Shown piece by piece: positions 63,131-64,000 of a stretch of 64,000 nt of DNA. Source of the DNA: Lama glama (taxonomy: Eukaryota); assembly GCA_028534125.1 (NCBI GenBank), contig CM052818.1, positions 3,288,001 through 3,352,000 of the forward strand. The letters run 5' to 3'. Numbering within the stretch: position 1 is the stretch's first letter; every line of letters starts with the position of its first letter. The notes beneath the pieces were generated by a model, which saw nothing but the letters and a program-made list of their open reading frames with translations, did no database searches and was not told where the DNA came from. The translations under genes and the position numbers were made by a program.

Positions 63131-63549
63131 GTATATTTGGGTCCCACACAGTCCTGTTGGCAGTTTTACTTAACCCTTGTCAACCATGAATTATGGAAAA
63201 TTAAAAATGCCAAGTGAAGGGAGTCATTAATGAAGTGGGCTCTAGCCTGTTTGGGACACTGCCTCCGCCCCGAGCTCTGGCACTGACAAGAAGGCCCCTG
63301 GGCTCGTCGCTGCTCTCAGACAGTTCTGGATGCTGCTCTGTTTTATCTCTGCCTTGAGACTTGAACTTCTTGATTCTATCCATGCCTCTCTCTCTCAGGC
63401 CAAGAGATTGTAAATTGGGGGAAAGATGCAACAAAAGAAGACTACAGGTGGATGTGCTGTCTACAGAGAGCGCCCCTGAATTTACTGTGTCAGCCCTAAA
63501 GTTCTTCCCGACTTGGATGTAGTCAAGGCCAGGAATGGTATGAAATCAG

Positions 63550-63625
63550 GTGTGCGTGTGACTGTGTGTATGTGTGTGACTCTGAGTGTGTGTGACTGTG
63601 TGTGACTGTGTGTGTGTGACTGTGA
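63550..63625. repeat. Interrupted (TG)n/(TGTGAC)n simple repeat
   Basis: gtgtgactgtgtgtatgtgtgtgactctgagtgtgtgtgactgtgtgtgactgtgtgtgtgtgactgtga. Confidence 0.9.
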
Positions 63626-64000
63626 GGGAGGCACTGTTGTCAGAGGTCACTCTTCTTTACTGAAGGTGTAACTGAACTCTCTCCCTCAGATTTTCACGAC
63701 AAAAGAACGAGTCAGGTCAGGGCAGAGTGAACAGGATGGCAGCCAGTGCAGAGGGCAGATAAGTGACTAGGTTCACAGGCAGAAATCTTGAAACGTACCC
63801 TTGGCTCTTTCGTTCATTTATTCCACTAGATTTCTGAGGATTGTTATGCACTGCCACCTTCCTGGGTGCTGGGGATAAAATGTTAAGTAAGGCCAAGTGC
63901 CTGCCTTGGAAGCACTTAAAATTTAGCTGGAGTGATCAAACATGTAAACAAATCATTGCAGAATTATCTATCTGAGCTACCTTCAGACCAAGACAAATAT

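Noticed and set aside
58230..64000. Upstream MXD1 exons (SID and basic region)
   Set aside because: I could not find sequence encoding STHNEMEKN or LLEAADYLE on the minus strand; this stretch is intronic and those exons lie outside the window.

Overview
Mammalian (eutherian) genomic DNA, most likely a camelid, judged from tRNA-Ala-derived Vic-1-like SINEs, the L1 3' ends and no recognisable Alu/B1/Bov-A. It is not prokaryotic, so almost all short ORFs in the six-frame track are noise. Two real genes are present, arranged tail-to-tail as in human 2p13. (1) ASPRV1 (SASPase) is on +: an intronless domesticated Ty3/gypsy-type Gag-protease gene, ATG 36580 to stop 37359 (259 aa), poly(A) signal 37904. 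(2) MXD1 (MAD1) is on -: its last three coding exons (58229-58115, 56518-56359, 56246-56059) plus a ~4.5 kb 3'UTR ending near AATAAA 51515-51510; its 5' exons lie beyond the right edge. The remainder is intergenic/intronic DNA rich in L1, L2, MIR, hAT MITEs, SINEs and microsatellites, with a 500-N gap at 38314-38813. I found no convincingly new biological system. The best leads are: the capsid-like domain fused to the ASPRV1 protease; the frame-broken human-type SASP37 leader; a GC/CpG-shifted MXD1 3' end with a tiny C-rich intron and a NAGNAG acceptor; clustered miRNA/Pumilio sites in the MXD1 3'UTR; and a ~300 bp orphan insert inside an L1. Repeat family names and human comparisons come from recall, not from a database search; repeat boundaries are approximate.
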